64,000 nucleotides of DNA from assembly GCA_963755715.1 (NCBI GenBank), contig CAVWLW010000052.1, positions 90,545-154,544 on the forward strand, read 5' to 3'. The DNA is from an uncultured delta proteobacterium (GTDB lineage Bacteria > Desulfobacterota > Binatia > UBA9968). The notes beneath the pieces are model-generated. The model did no database searches. It was not told the origin of the DNA and saw nothing but the letters and a program-made list of their open reading frames with translations. A program made the translations under genes and the position numbers. Shown here one piece after another: positions 41,550 to 50,340 of the stretch (within the stretch, counting starts at the first letter, position 1; every line of letters starts with the position of its first letter).

Positions 41550-41845
41550 GAGAACTTCTTAAGGACTGCTTCGATCCGTGACTTGCGCAACTCGCGTATC
41601 GCTTCATCGATGTCGCCGGAGGCAGTGGCGATTCCTTCAAGGTTGATGATCCTTTTCCCGCCGACAGTCTTTAGGTATTTCGAGGTGCCCGAGAGTTCCC
41701 GGTATCTATCGATGCCGATAATGACAGCGCGGGGTTTTTGCCGTTTGGATACGATGTAAGCATCTCCGCTTTCCGCCACGCGATCGACGATTTCGCTGAG
41801 CTTCGACCGAGTCTGCACGAACGTCATGATTTTTTCCTTTGCCAT
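41546..41845 (-). CDS. Phd/YefM-family antitoxin
   Basis: RSKLSEIVDRV..IVSKRQKPRAVII; lies directly upstream of the PIN gene. Confidence 0.8.
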   Translation of the reverse strand: MAKEKIMTFVQTRSKLSEIVDRVAESGDAYIVSKRQKPRAVIIGIDRYRELSGTSKYLKTVGGKRIINLEGIATASGDIDEAIRELRKSRIEAVLKKFS

Positions 41846-41858
41846 CGAGATCTCCTCC

Positions 41859-41877
41859 TGTACACTTTAAGTGTACA
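41859..41877. promoter_or_regulatory. Palindromic toxin-antitoxin operator
   Basis: Perfect inverted repeat TGTACACTT-T-AAGTGTACA just upstream of the antitoxin RBS. Confidence 0.7.
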
Positions 41878-42085
41878 CTCGGGCGTGACCCTGGTCAATG
41901 TTAAGAAGCGCAGAACGGGAAGCAAATCCGCCGGGCGAGAGAGCGGTCGTCCGAAGCGCTTTGGGTTTTTGGCTGGTGCTGATTGGGATTGAGTAATGGG
42001 CGAGATGAGATCGGCTCGAACGATCCAAACCGTCGGCAACGGTCAAATCGTTCGAGCCCTCTTTCAGGCAGATACGTAGCGGAGT

Positions 42086-42925
42086 TTATTTGGTCGGATT
42101 CGGTACTCCCTCGGGCCGAGTCTTTTCGTCGTAATACTCCTGCGAAAATTCGGGTTTACGTCTTTCCGAAAATGCCGCTGAACCTTCGTCGTAGTCTTTG
42201 CTCTGGCGGAGATGGGCGTAGAAATCTCGATGCACTTCGAAGCCCTTTTCCCATCCCTGAATCTCGTAGAGCAGTTTGTCTTCGATAAATTCCACGGTAT
42301 GTGCGGCGATCAGCCGGCCGTTGCGGTTGATAGTCGTGGCGAGCTCAATACAGTCGTCCATCAACTTTTCCGGGTCGCAAATCTTTTGCACGAGACCGAG
42401 CCTAAAAGCGGTATCGGCGTCGATCATTTGGCCGCTTAAAGCGAACCAATAAGCCCAGCCCGTCGGCAACTGGCAAACGTAGCTGGGCCACGCCGCCATG
42501 TGCGACCAGCGTACTTCAGAGCAGCCGAATTTCGAGGCCGGCACGCAGTAGCGGATGTGACAGGACAACGCGAGACTGAAACCGCCGCCGACGGCGTAGC
42601 CGTTGATCGCAGCAATGATCGGCTTGTGCATCTGCAGTGGGCGCAAGCTCGAATAACCTCGCGGACCCGATCTCGGTCCTTTCATTTCACCTCGGGCGAA
42701 TGCGAGATTCTCTTTCAGATCTCCGCCGACGCAAAAAGCGTCCGCCGTCCCCGTCAGTATAATCGACCAGACGTCGTCATCTGCTTTTGCTTTCTGCCAA
42801 CATTCATCGAGCGCCCAGTAGAGATCGCGGCTGATCGCGTTCTTTTTCTCCGGGCGGTTGAGACGAACAATCGCGATATGCGGATCGCGCTTTTCATAAA
42901 CACACAAGGGTCCTGCTTCTGCCAT
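42086..42925 (-). CDS. Enoyl-CoA hydratase/isomerase family
   Basis: RLNRPEKKNAI, FCVGGDL, KPIIAAINGYAVGGG; AGGAG RBS. Confidence 0.9.
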   Translation of the reverse strand: MAEAGPLCVYEKRDPHIAIVRLNRPEKKNAISRDLYWALDECWQKAKADDDVWSIILTGTADAFCVGGDLKENLAFARGEMKGPRSGPRGYSSLRPLQMHKPIIAAINGYAVGGGFSLALSCHIRYCVPASKFGCSEVRWSHMAAWPSYVCQLPTGWAYWFALSGQMIDADTAFRLGLVQKICDPEKLMDDCIELATTINRNGRLIAAHTVEFIEDKLLYEIQGWEKGFEVHRDFYAHLRQSKDYDEGSAAFSERRKPEFSQEYYDEKTRPEGVPNPTK

Positions 42926-42940
42926 TGTTCCTCCTCTTAG

Positions 42941-43033
42941 AAATGGAAAATTGATAATGGAAAATTGAAAATGTCGGAAGCCGTTCAGGCCGTACTCTAA
43001 TTTTTCAATTTTCAATTCTTAATTTTCAATTAT
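42941..43033. repeat. 7-bp-unit (AAAATTG / CAATTTT) AT-rich inverted-repeat hairpin
   Basis: AAATGGAAAATTGATAATGGAAAATTGAAAAT ... AATTTTTCAATTTTCAATTCTTAATTTTCAATT. Confidence 0.75.
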
Positions 43034-44241
43034 TAATAAAGCACCTTCTCTTCGTCCAACTTCCTTATTTCGTCGTCGCTGAGACCGAGCAAGTTGCGCG
43101 CGATCTCGTGCGTATGCTCGCCCATCAGCGGCGCGAGGCCGCGCACTTTGCCGGGCGTTTCCGACATGCGCATGGGAACATTTTCAGTCACGACTTCGCC
43201 GGCTTCCGGTTCGTTCAATCGTACAAGATAGCCGGTAGCGGCGTATTGCTTGTCGCGCTTGAACTGATCTTCCACGTCTTGGACGACGGCGGCGCAGATG
43301 CCGATCTTTTGCAATGCCTCCATCACTTCATACGGATCGTACTGGAGCGACCAGCTCGTCACCCACTTGTCCAACTCTTCTTTGTGACGCACGCGCTGTA
43401 GGTGTGTCGCGAATCTTTCCTCGGCTTTGAGCCCCGATTTTTCCAGCAGCCGCGCGAAGCGTTGCCATTCGTCGTCGGTGTAAACCGCGATGACACACCA
43501 GCGGTCGTCCCCCTTGCACTGATAGGGACCGTAGGGTGCGGCAATCAAACTTCGATTGCCCTCCGGAGTCGGCTCTCGTTTGTTGACCGTGTATTCGAGA
43601 TATTTAGGCCCTAAAATCGACGCGCCGATTTCTTGCTGCGCGCTGTCGATCCATTGGCCGAAGCCGGATTTCTTGCGCTGGATCAGCGCGCAAACGACAC
43701 CGAAAGCGCCGGTGACGCCACCCATAAAATCGGGGTGCTGCGTGCGCGGCTCGGCGGTCGCGGTGGTGGCGTTTGGATAATTCCACAGGTACGTCGTACC
43801 CATGGTGTTGCCGACGTTAGGACCGTAGGTGAGATCGGCAGCGTGGGGGCCGGTACAGCCCATGCCTTTGACGCGGATCAGAATTATTCGCGGGTTAATC
43901 TCTTTAAGCTGGGGCCAGTCGAGTCCCCACTTTTCCAAGATGCCCAGGCCGAAGTTTTCCACGAGCACGTCGGACTTTTTCACCAGCTCACGCACGAGCT
44001 CGCGGCCTTTCGGCGTTTGCATGTTGACGGTGAAAGATTTCTTGCCGCGCTGGAGCTTCATGAAGTCGGGTTTCTTGTTCCAGAGCTTGGGGTCTTCGCC
44101 GCGATGGCCGTCGCCGCGCAGGCGCGTTTCACAGCGAATCACTTCCGCACCGAACTCGCCGAGCACGCGCGCCACGGTTGGACCGGCGGCGCCGGTGGTC
44201 AGCTCGACGACACGTATTCCTTCAAGGGCAAACTTGCTCAT
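43033..44241 (-). CDS. CoA transferase family III (CaiB/BaiF)
   Basis: LEGIRVVEL, GAEVI, RGKKS, DVLVENF, HPDFMGG (catalytic Asp position), APLMGEH. Confidence 0.9.
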   Translation of the reverse strand: MSKFALEGIRVVELTTGAAGPTVARVLGEFGAEVIRCETRLRGDGHRGEDPKLWNKKPDFMKLQRGKKSFTVNMQTPKGRELVRELVKKSDVLVENFGLGILEKWGLDWPQLKEINPRIILIRVKGMGCTGPHAADLTYGPNVGNTMGTTYLWNYPNATTATAEPRTQHPDFMGGVTGAFGVVCALIQRKKSGFGQWIDSAQQEIGASILGPKYLEYTVNKREPTPEGNRSLIAAPYGPYQCKGDDRWCVIAVYTDDEWQRFARLLEKSGLKAEERFATHLQRVRHKEELDKWVTSWSLQYDPYEVMEALQKIGICAAVVQDVEDQFKRDKQYAATGYLVRLNEPEAGEVVTENVPMRMSETPGKVRGLAPLMGEHTHEIARNLLGLSDDEIRKLDEEKVLY

Positions 44242-44256
44242 AAAGTTCTTTCCTGT

Positions 44257-44332
44257 TGGAGTAATGGAGTACTGGAGTGATGGTGTATTGGAAAAACGCA
44301 GTACTCCAATATTTCATTACTCCATCACTCCA
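44257..44332. repeat. 8-bp-unit inverted-repeat hairpin, copy 3
   Basis: TGGAGTAATGGAGTACTGGAGTGATGG ... GTACTCCAATATTTCATTACTCCATCACTCCA. Confidence 0.8.
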
Positions 44333-44340
44333 GTTTATCT

Positions 44341-45552
44341 TCAGATGACTCCCTCGGCTCTGAGGGCGACGAGATCGTCGTTGTTCATGCCCAGCTCGTC
44401 CACGTAAATTTCCTTGTTGTGCTCGCCGAGCAGCGGTGCGGGTCGATAAATGCTGCCGGGAGTTTCCATCAGCCGCGGCACAACGCCGAATTGCTTGTAC
44501 TTGCCGATCACCGGGTGCTCCATGTCAACGAATAGTCCGCGTGCTTTGGTCTGCTCCATCTCGATGAATTCGCCAACGGTGTTGATCGGCGTGACGGCGA
44601 TGCGGCGCTTTTGGCCTTCATCGTATAATTCTTCTTTGGTGCGCTTCGCGCAGAACTCGGCGATGCATTTGGTCACGATGTCCGGATGCTTGCGGCGGTA
44701 GGACATTTTCTCGAACTCCGGGCCGGAAATCTCCGGCGGACTTCCCATCCAGTCGACCAGGCGGCGCCATTGTTCGACGGGAATGATGAATATGCGCGCA
44801 TAGCCGTTCTTCGTCGCATAGGGATCGTAGAGATCGGTCTCTTCGCCTTTGCGCGAGGCGCGCGCCGGCTTTTCACCGGTGTAACCGTAATTGGGAATAA
44901 AATATCCGGCGATGTGACCGGCGCACTCGTGCATCGATACGTCGATATATTGTCCTTTGCCACTGTCGAGACGATGATAAAGCGCGACTGCGATACCGAA
45001 GGCGCCGTAGGTCGATGCCATGCCATAGGCGATTTCGCCGGGCGGCTGCAGCGGCGGTTCGCCGGGCTCGCCGGCGAGATAAAGCAGATTGCCGAGCGCG
45101 ATGCCGGCCATGTCGTTGGCTTTATAGTCGCGCCACGGGCCGCTTTGACCGAACGGCGTGATTGCCGCGTATACGAGACCGGAATTTTGTGCGCGCAAGG
45201 TTGGGTAGCCGATGCCCAATTCATCCATGCGTCCGGGGCGCGCTGTTTCTAGAATAACATCGGCTTTGCGCACCAGTTCGAGAAACACCGCGCGGCCGTC
45301 AGGTTTTTCGACGTCGAGCGTGATGCTGCGCTTATTGGTATTGAAATGAAGAAAGTAGAGGCTTTTTTCCGGATGCGGCGTGTCGTCTTTGAAGGGCGGA
45401 ATGCGCCGCGACTCGTCGCCCGATGGCGCCTCGATCTTGATGACATCGGCACCCATGTCGGCGAGTAGTTTCGTGCAATGCAATCCGAGCGGCCCGGCGA
45501 TATCGAGCACGCGGTAACCGCTGAGCGGTCCCGTTCTAGTGACTGTCTCCAT
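44341..45552 (-). CDS. CoA transferase family III (partner subunit)
   Basis: LSGYRVLD, LADMGADVIKIE, NTNKRSITLD, PFGQSGP, APLLGEHN. Confidence 0.9.
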   Translation of the reverse strand: METVTRTGPLSGYRVLDIAGPLGLHCTKLLADMGADVIKIEAPSGDESRRIPPFKDDTPHPEKSLYFLHFNTNKRSITLDVEKPDGRAVFLELVRKADVILETARPGRMDELGIGYPTLRAQNSGLVYAAITPFGQSGPWRDYKANDMAGIALGNLLYLAGEPGEPPLQPPGEIAYGMASTYGAFGIAVALYHRLDSGKGQYIDVSMHECAGHIAGYFIPNYGYTGEKPARASRKGEETDLYDPYATKNGYARIFIIPVEQWRRLVDWMGSPPEISGPEFEKMSYRRKHPDIVTKCIAEFCAKRTKEELYDEGQKRRIAVTPINTVGEFIEMEQTKARGLFVDMEHPVIGKYKQFGVVPRLMETPGSIYRPAPLLGEHNKEIYVDELGMNNDDLVALRAEGVI

Positions 45553-45863
45553 GAAATTCCTCAGCAAAAGATGACAAACTTGATTCGACCGAGATTCTTA
45601 CTTGGACATGACTATGGTGTCAAGGCGCGAAGCGCGGTATCAAGTTTGTCGAGCGTCTTCGTTTGAATCACCCGTCATGCTTGAGATTTGCGGTCCTGAC
45701 GTGAGGTTTTCGCGCCAGGACGCGACAGGCGATATATTTCATGGTTTACAATGCGCATGGTGATCTTAGTAAGTATCAGAGCGAACGGTAGACTCCTGAG
45801 AATCTGACTGTCGAATTAGTCGTCACGCTTAGTGAAGCTCATGCGACCGTAAAATAAAGCTTC

Positions 45864-46865
45864 ATGAAACGATTGCCAACAAGGCGTCACTGCTTGTCAA
45901 TCGCCTGCGATCGTTCTTGTTTCTTGCGAGCGGACGAGGCGTTGCCGCCGATAAAGTCCGCATGGCGTATGTGAGCCCGAGCGTCTCGCTGTCGTTGCCC
46001 TGGTTGGCCAAGGAAAGCGGCATTCTCTCCAAGTATGATTTAATCGGCGAAGTTCTTCTTATCACGGGCAGTCCAAGACTGGTTCAGTCCCTTATCGCCG
46101 GCGACGTGGATGTCGCCTTCGCCGGCATCACCGCGATCACTCGCGCGCGGGTGCGCGGCGCCGAAATCGCGATCCTCGGCGCCGCGGCCAATGTTTCAAG
46201 CCAAAAGCTCATGGTCGGCCGCAATTCAAAAATACGCCGTCTGGAAGATTTGAAAGGCGCGATCATCGGCGTCTCACAGTACGGTTCGGAAGCGGACACC
46301 TTCACACGCAATGCGCTGGCACTCGGCGGGCTGAAACCGGACAAGGACGTGACGATTCTCCAGCTCGGCGGTCATCCGCAGGTCGCCGCGGCGATGGTCG
46401 CGGGCAAACTCGACGTCGGTGCGCTGGCGGGTCTCGCCGCACTGACTGCGGAGAAAGCGGGCGCAAGGCTTCTCGCCAGCGCGGCGGAGCTTAAAATCCT
46501 ATCGCCGTCGGGCACCTTCGCTGCGAATCGCGGTTTTATTCAGCGCAGACGCAGCGTGGTCGACCGGCTAACGCGTTCCTTCGTCGAAGCGGTTCACTAT
46601 TTGAAAACCAATCGCACCGGATCGATCGCGCTGCTGCAGAAATATTTCGGCGGCTTGAGCGCGGAAGAGGCGAGTTATCTTTACCAGGAGCAGATCGATT
46701 TGATGGAAGTTTTGCCTGCGCCCAACGAAAAGGCGCTCCAGGCGGTGCTCGATCGCGAAACCGACCCGAAGGTGAAGAGCTTCTCGACGGCGGACTTCAT
46801 CGATCGCGAGCTTTTTTAAAGAGATTGAAAAGAGCGGCATGATTGAGCAATTGTATCGGAAGTAA
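45864..46865 (+). CDS. ABC substrate-binding protein, NMT1/TauA-like, frameshifts near 45905 and 46805
   Basis: DKVRMAY, LIAGDVD, IGVSQYGSE, PDKDV; the shifted frame ends EIEKSGMIEQLYRK*. Confidence 0.8.
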
Positions 46866-46902
46866 ATTAAGATAGGTTTCTTAACAAGAGAGGAGACAAA
46901 CC

Positions 46903-47265
46903 ATGGCACGTATCAGACATATCGCACTACTCACGAAGGATACCGAAAAACTCTCGGAGTTTTACAAAACGTCCTTCGGTCTCAAAGAGGTCGCTCGCAG
47001 CGGTGAAGCGAGCGAGCACGGCAGGGCGATCTATCTTTCCGACGGCCACATCAACCTCGCCGTTTTGCCGGCACGCAACCGTCGCGAAGGCATTTACCAC
47101 TTCGGCATGGAAGTCGAAGATGTAAAAGGAGCGACGCAAACCGCGCTCGCTGCCGGCGCCACGGGCGGAACGGCAAATCTTCCCCGAGACGGTCGTTTTG
47201 CCGAGACGTTTGTCCTCGATCCGGTCGGCACGCGCGTCGATCTGTCGCTGGGGTGGAAAGTGTGA
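46903..47265 (+). CDS. VOC/glyoxalase family protein
   Basis: RIRHIAL, FYKTSFGL, YLSDG, HFGMEV, DPVG..DL; GGAG RBS. Confidence 0.85.
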   Translation: MARIRHIALLTKDTEKLSEFYKTSFGLKEVARSGEASEHGRAIYLSDGHINLAVLPARNRREGIYHFGMEVEDVKGATQTALAAGATGGTANLPRDGRFAETFVLDPVGTRVDLSLGWKV

Positions 47266-47335
47266 ACTTTCATTTGGCCGGTCGTCGAGAGACGTAAAAC
47301 AAAACGTCAGTAGGGTGCCGACGCAGGAGGTCAAG

Positions 47336-48388
47336 ATGAAAAGGAGTTGGCTCACGCGATTGCAGACCTGTCCGATGAGACTAGCGCCGTTGGTTTCGGT
47401 TATCACCTTAATCATCGGGGGAGCAACCGCCGCTAACGCGCAAGAACAGATCATTAAACTGCGCGTCGGGCTCGGCGACGTTTCACTCAACAAAGTGCCG
47501 TTCGTTGCCGCCTACGAGGCGGGGATTTATAAAAAGAACGGTCTCGATGTCGAGCAGTTCATCACGCCGAGCGCAGCGGACGTCGCACGGCGCAGCGGTG
47601 TTACTGTTCCCAAGGAATTTATTCGCGCCGGTGGGCGGGATACTCCGATCGTGATCGGTGGTGGCAGTCCGCTGATCGTTCGCTGGACGACGGATGCGCA
47701 GGCGGACGATCGCGTGATCGTCGCTTGCACCGATCCCGTAGTGCGCTGGCGCATTATCGCGCGCCCCGACATCACTAACATCGAGCAGCTCAAGGGTAAA
47801 CGGCTCGGCTACTCAGGATACGGCGCGGTGACCCATTTTGTTGCGCTGACTTTTTCTAAAATCATGGGCTGGAACCCTGAGCAGGATTTATCTCTGATGT
47901 CGGGCGCCAATACCATGGACGCGTTGAAGAGCGGGCGTGTAGACGCGATCATCGCGAGCGAGCTGCACGAGACCATGGCATTGTCCGCGGGCTATAAAAT
48001 CCTTGTCGACCTGGCGAAGTACAATATCCCTAACGCAGGCTCCGGCGTGAGCGTCTCACGCGCTTGGCTGAAGGACAATCAAGAGGCGACGCGCCGATTT
48101 GTTAAGTCGACCGTCGAGATGATCGCTTTGGTGAAACGAAACAAGCAAGCGGCTTTCGGCGCAATGGCCAAATGGTACAACGTGACCGACCCGGAAAAGC
48201 AGGAGCAATTCTACCGGGAAGTTTCGAACCTGCCGCGCAAGCCGTATCCGTCGGTCGACGGCATCAAAAAAGTCATGGAAATTTACAACACCCATGAGAT
48301 GCGCAGGTACAAACCGGAGGATTTCTACAACGACAACTTCGTGCGCGAGCTCGACAAGGGTGGATTCATCGATAGCCTCTATGATTAG
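47336..48388 (+). CDS. ABC substrate-binding protein, NMT1/TauA-like
   Basis: AGGAGG RBS, YKKNGLDVE, QLKGKRLG, C-terminal VRELDKGGFIDSLY. Confidence 0.85.
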   Translation: MKRSWLTRLQTCPMRLAPLVSVITLIIGGATAANAQEQIIKLRVGLGDVSLNKVPFVAAYEAGIYKKNGLDVEQFITPSAADVARRSGVTVPKEFIRAGGRDTPIVIGGGSPLIVRWTTDAQADDRVIVACTDPVVRWRIIARPDITNIEQLKGKRLGYSGYGAVTHFVALTFSKIMGWNPEQDLSLMSGANTMDALKSGRVDAIIASELHETMALSAGYKILVDLAKYNIPNAGSGVSVSRAWLKDNQEATRRFVKSTVEMIALVKRNKQAAFGAMAKWYNVTDPEKQEQFYREVSNLPRKPYPSVDGIKKVMEIYNTHEMRRYKPEDFYNDNFVRELDKGGFIDSLYD

Positions 48389-49023
48389 GCGAGTGGAAGC
48401 CCTTCGCGATATCGCGTATGAGCGCGCTCGACTGGCGTGTTTAGAGAAGTCGTCTGTTGCAATATCCGAGTTAAATTATCGCGGTTATAATATCTTTGGG
48501 CGGCACAGATTTGCTCGCCGATTACTTTTTGATGAACTTCCTGATGATCATGGCGTTGGTTTCGGCGCCGTAGACATTGCCCACGGCGTGGATGGGCGCA
48601 ACAGAGAAACTCCCGCTTAATTTTGTCCTGAAACGCGACGTCATCGCACCGATCGCTGGCGATCATTTTTAAATATCAATTCGGTTCGCGCTGTCCTGGG
48701 CGGGCTTTACGTTCACGCGCTTACGAAGAGTCTTCGCCGGTCGAAATATTCAACCACCGTCGGCGTTCCCGATGTCTCTGTTTTTGCGGGGTTGGGTATA
48801 GACTGAATTGAGCAAATCTGTTTCATGTACAAGGTGTTGGCCTCGGCTGTGGTAATAGTAGCCGGCGATCTTCGTCAAGCAGCATTCAGATTGGGTATTC
48901 TCGCCGATAGTTGTAATATCAGGTTGACGGCGGCGGCGGCGAGATTTTCGACACTTGCCATTCTGGAATATCGACGCGAGACGTTTGCTGCTAGCAGTCT
49001 CAATCGAAGAAAGGATCCATACC

Positions 49024-50307
49024 ATGGAATATGATACCGCCTTTCGGCCCTACCTGGCCAAGCGCATCGAACAGATCGAGGCAGCGGACATCGTTGTCGG
49101 TATCCCTTGCTACAATAACGACGCTACGATCGTACACGTTATCAAACAGGTTAGCCGCGGTCTTGCCAAGCATTACAAATCGGCGCGCTCGGTCATCTTG
49201 ATCTCCGACGGCGGCTCCACCGACGATACCCGCGAGGTCGCTCGCGAGGAAGAGATCATGCCGTGGCAGGAGAAGATCGTTTTCGTCTATCGCGGCTTGG
49301 CCGGCAAAGGCACCGCGCTGCGGGCGATCTTCGAAGCGGCGGACAAGCTCAGCGCGAGCGCATGCGTGGTCGTGGACGCGGATTTGCGGAGTATCACCCC
49401 AGACTGGATTCGATATCTCCTCGAGCCGGTACTGGAAAAAAACTTCGATTACGTCGCGCCGATGTATTCGCGCTACAAATGGGATGGTACGATCACCAAC
49501 AATGTAGCGTACAATTTAACGCGATCGCTTTACGGCAAGCGCATCCGCCAGCCCATCGGCGGCGACTTCGGGCTGTCGAAAAATACCATCCGCACCTATC
49601 TCACACAAAACGTTTGGATGACGGATGTCGCCCGTTTCGGCATCGATATCTGGATGACCACCCAGGCCATCGCAAGCGGCTGCCGGGTATGCCAAGCCAA
49701 TCTCGGCGTGAAAGTCCACGATCCGAAAGATCCCGGCGTGGCTCTCGGCCCGATGTTCCGCCAGGTCGTTTGGACGCTTTTTACGCTGATGGAACAGCAT
49801 GCTTTGGTGTGGAAGGACGTTCGTGGGAGCGAGCCGATCGAAAGCTTCGGTTCAACGGAATTTCCCGAGCCCGAGCCCATCAACGTCAACCAGGAGTTGC
49901 TGATCCAGAATTTCAAGTTGGCGTTTCAACATTTTGGCGCGCTCTGGAAAGATCTGCTGAGCCCGTCTTCCTATAGCGTGGTGCAAAAGCTCGCCGCGTC
50001 AGAGCGCAAGAATTTTTTGCTCGACGCCACGTCCTGGGCACACATTCTTTACGAAATCGCCGCGATCTTTCATCACTGGCCTAAGGACCGCGCCAAGCTG
50101 GTCGATCTGATGAGCCCCCTTTACGAGGCCCGGGTCGCTGCCTTTATAAATGAAACCGCCGAGATGACCACCGCGGAGTCCGAACAGGTCGTCGAACGCC
50201 AGGCGGAAGTTTTCGAGCAAGAGAAATCCTATCTGCTCGATCGCTGGGAGACCGACGACAGCGGTCCCAAGCCGAAAAGCATGTTGCAAAAGGTGATCGG
50301 CGGTTGA
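49024..50307 (+). CDS. GT-A glycosyltransferase, glucosylglycerate/mannosylglycerate synthase-like (Ggs-like)
   Basis: VGIPCYNN, SDGGSTD, GKG, DADL, DGTITN, RQPIGGDF, FGIDIWMT; lies in an operon with gpgS/gpgP-like genes. Confidence 0.65.
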   Translation: MEYDTAFRPYLAKRIEQIEAADIVVGIPCYNNDATIVHVIKQVSRGLAKHYKSARSVILISDGGSTDDTREVAREEEIMPWQEKIVFVYRGLAGKGTALRAIFEAADKLSASACVVVDADLRSITPDWIRYLLEPVLEKNFDYVAPMYSRYKWDGTITNNVAYNLTRSLYGKRIRQPIGGDFGLSKNTIRTYLTQNVWMTDVARFGIDIWMTTQAIASGCRVCQANLGVKVHDPKDPGVALGPMFRQVVWTLFTLMEQHALVWKDVRGSEPIESFGSTEFPEPEPINVNQELLIQNFKLAFQHFGALWKDLLSPSSYSVVQKLAASERKNFLLDATSWAHILYEIAAIFHHWPKDRAKLVDLMSPLYEARVAAFINETAEMTTAESEQVVERQAEVFEQEKSYLLDRWETDDSGPKPKSMLQKVIGG

Positions 50308-50340
50308 TATGAGCGAAATCGACTCAGAGATCTTATCCTT

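Noticed and set aside
42926-43015. N-terminal extension MKIEKLEYG.. of the enoyl-CoA hydratase
   Set aside because: It is translated repeat sequence; the RBS supports the start at 42925.
48385-49023. ORFs or a structured RNA upstream of the glucosylglycerate operon
   Set aside because: The translations lack motifs and RBS, and I recognise no riboswitch or ncRNA consensus.
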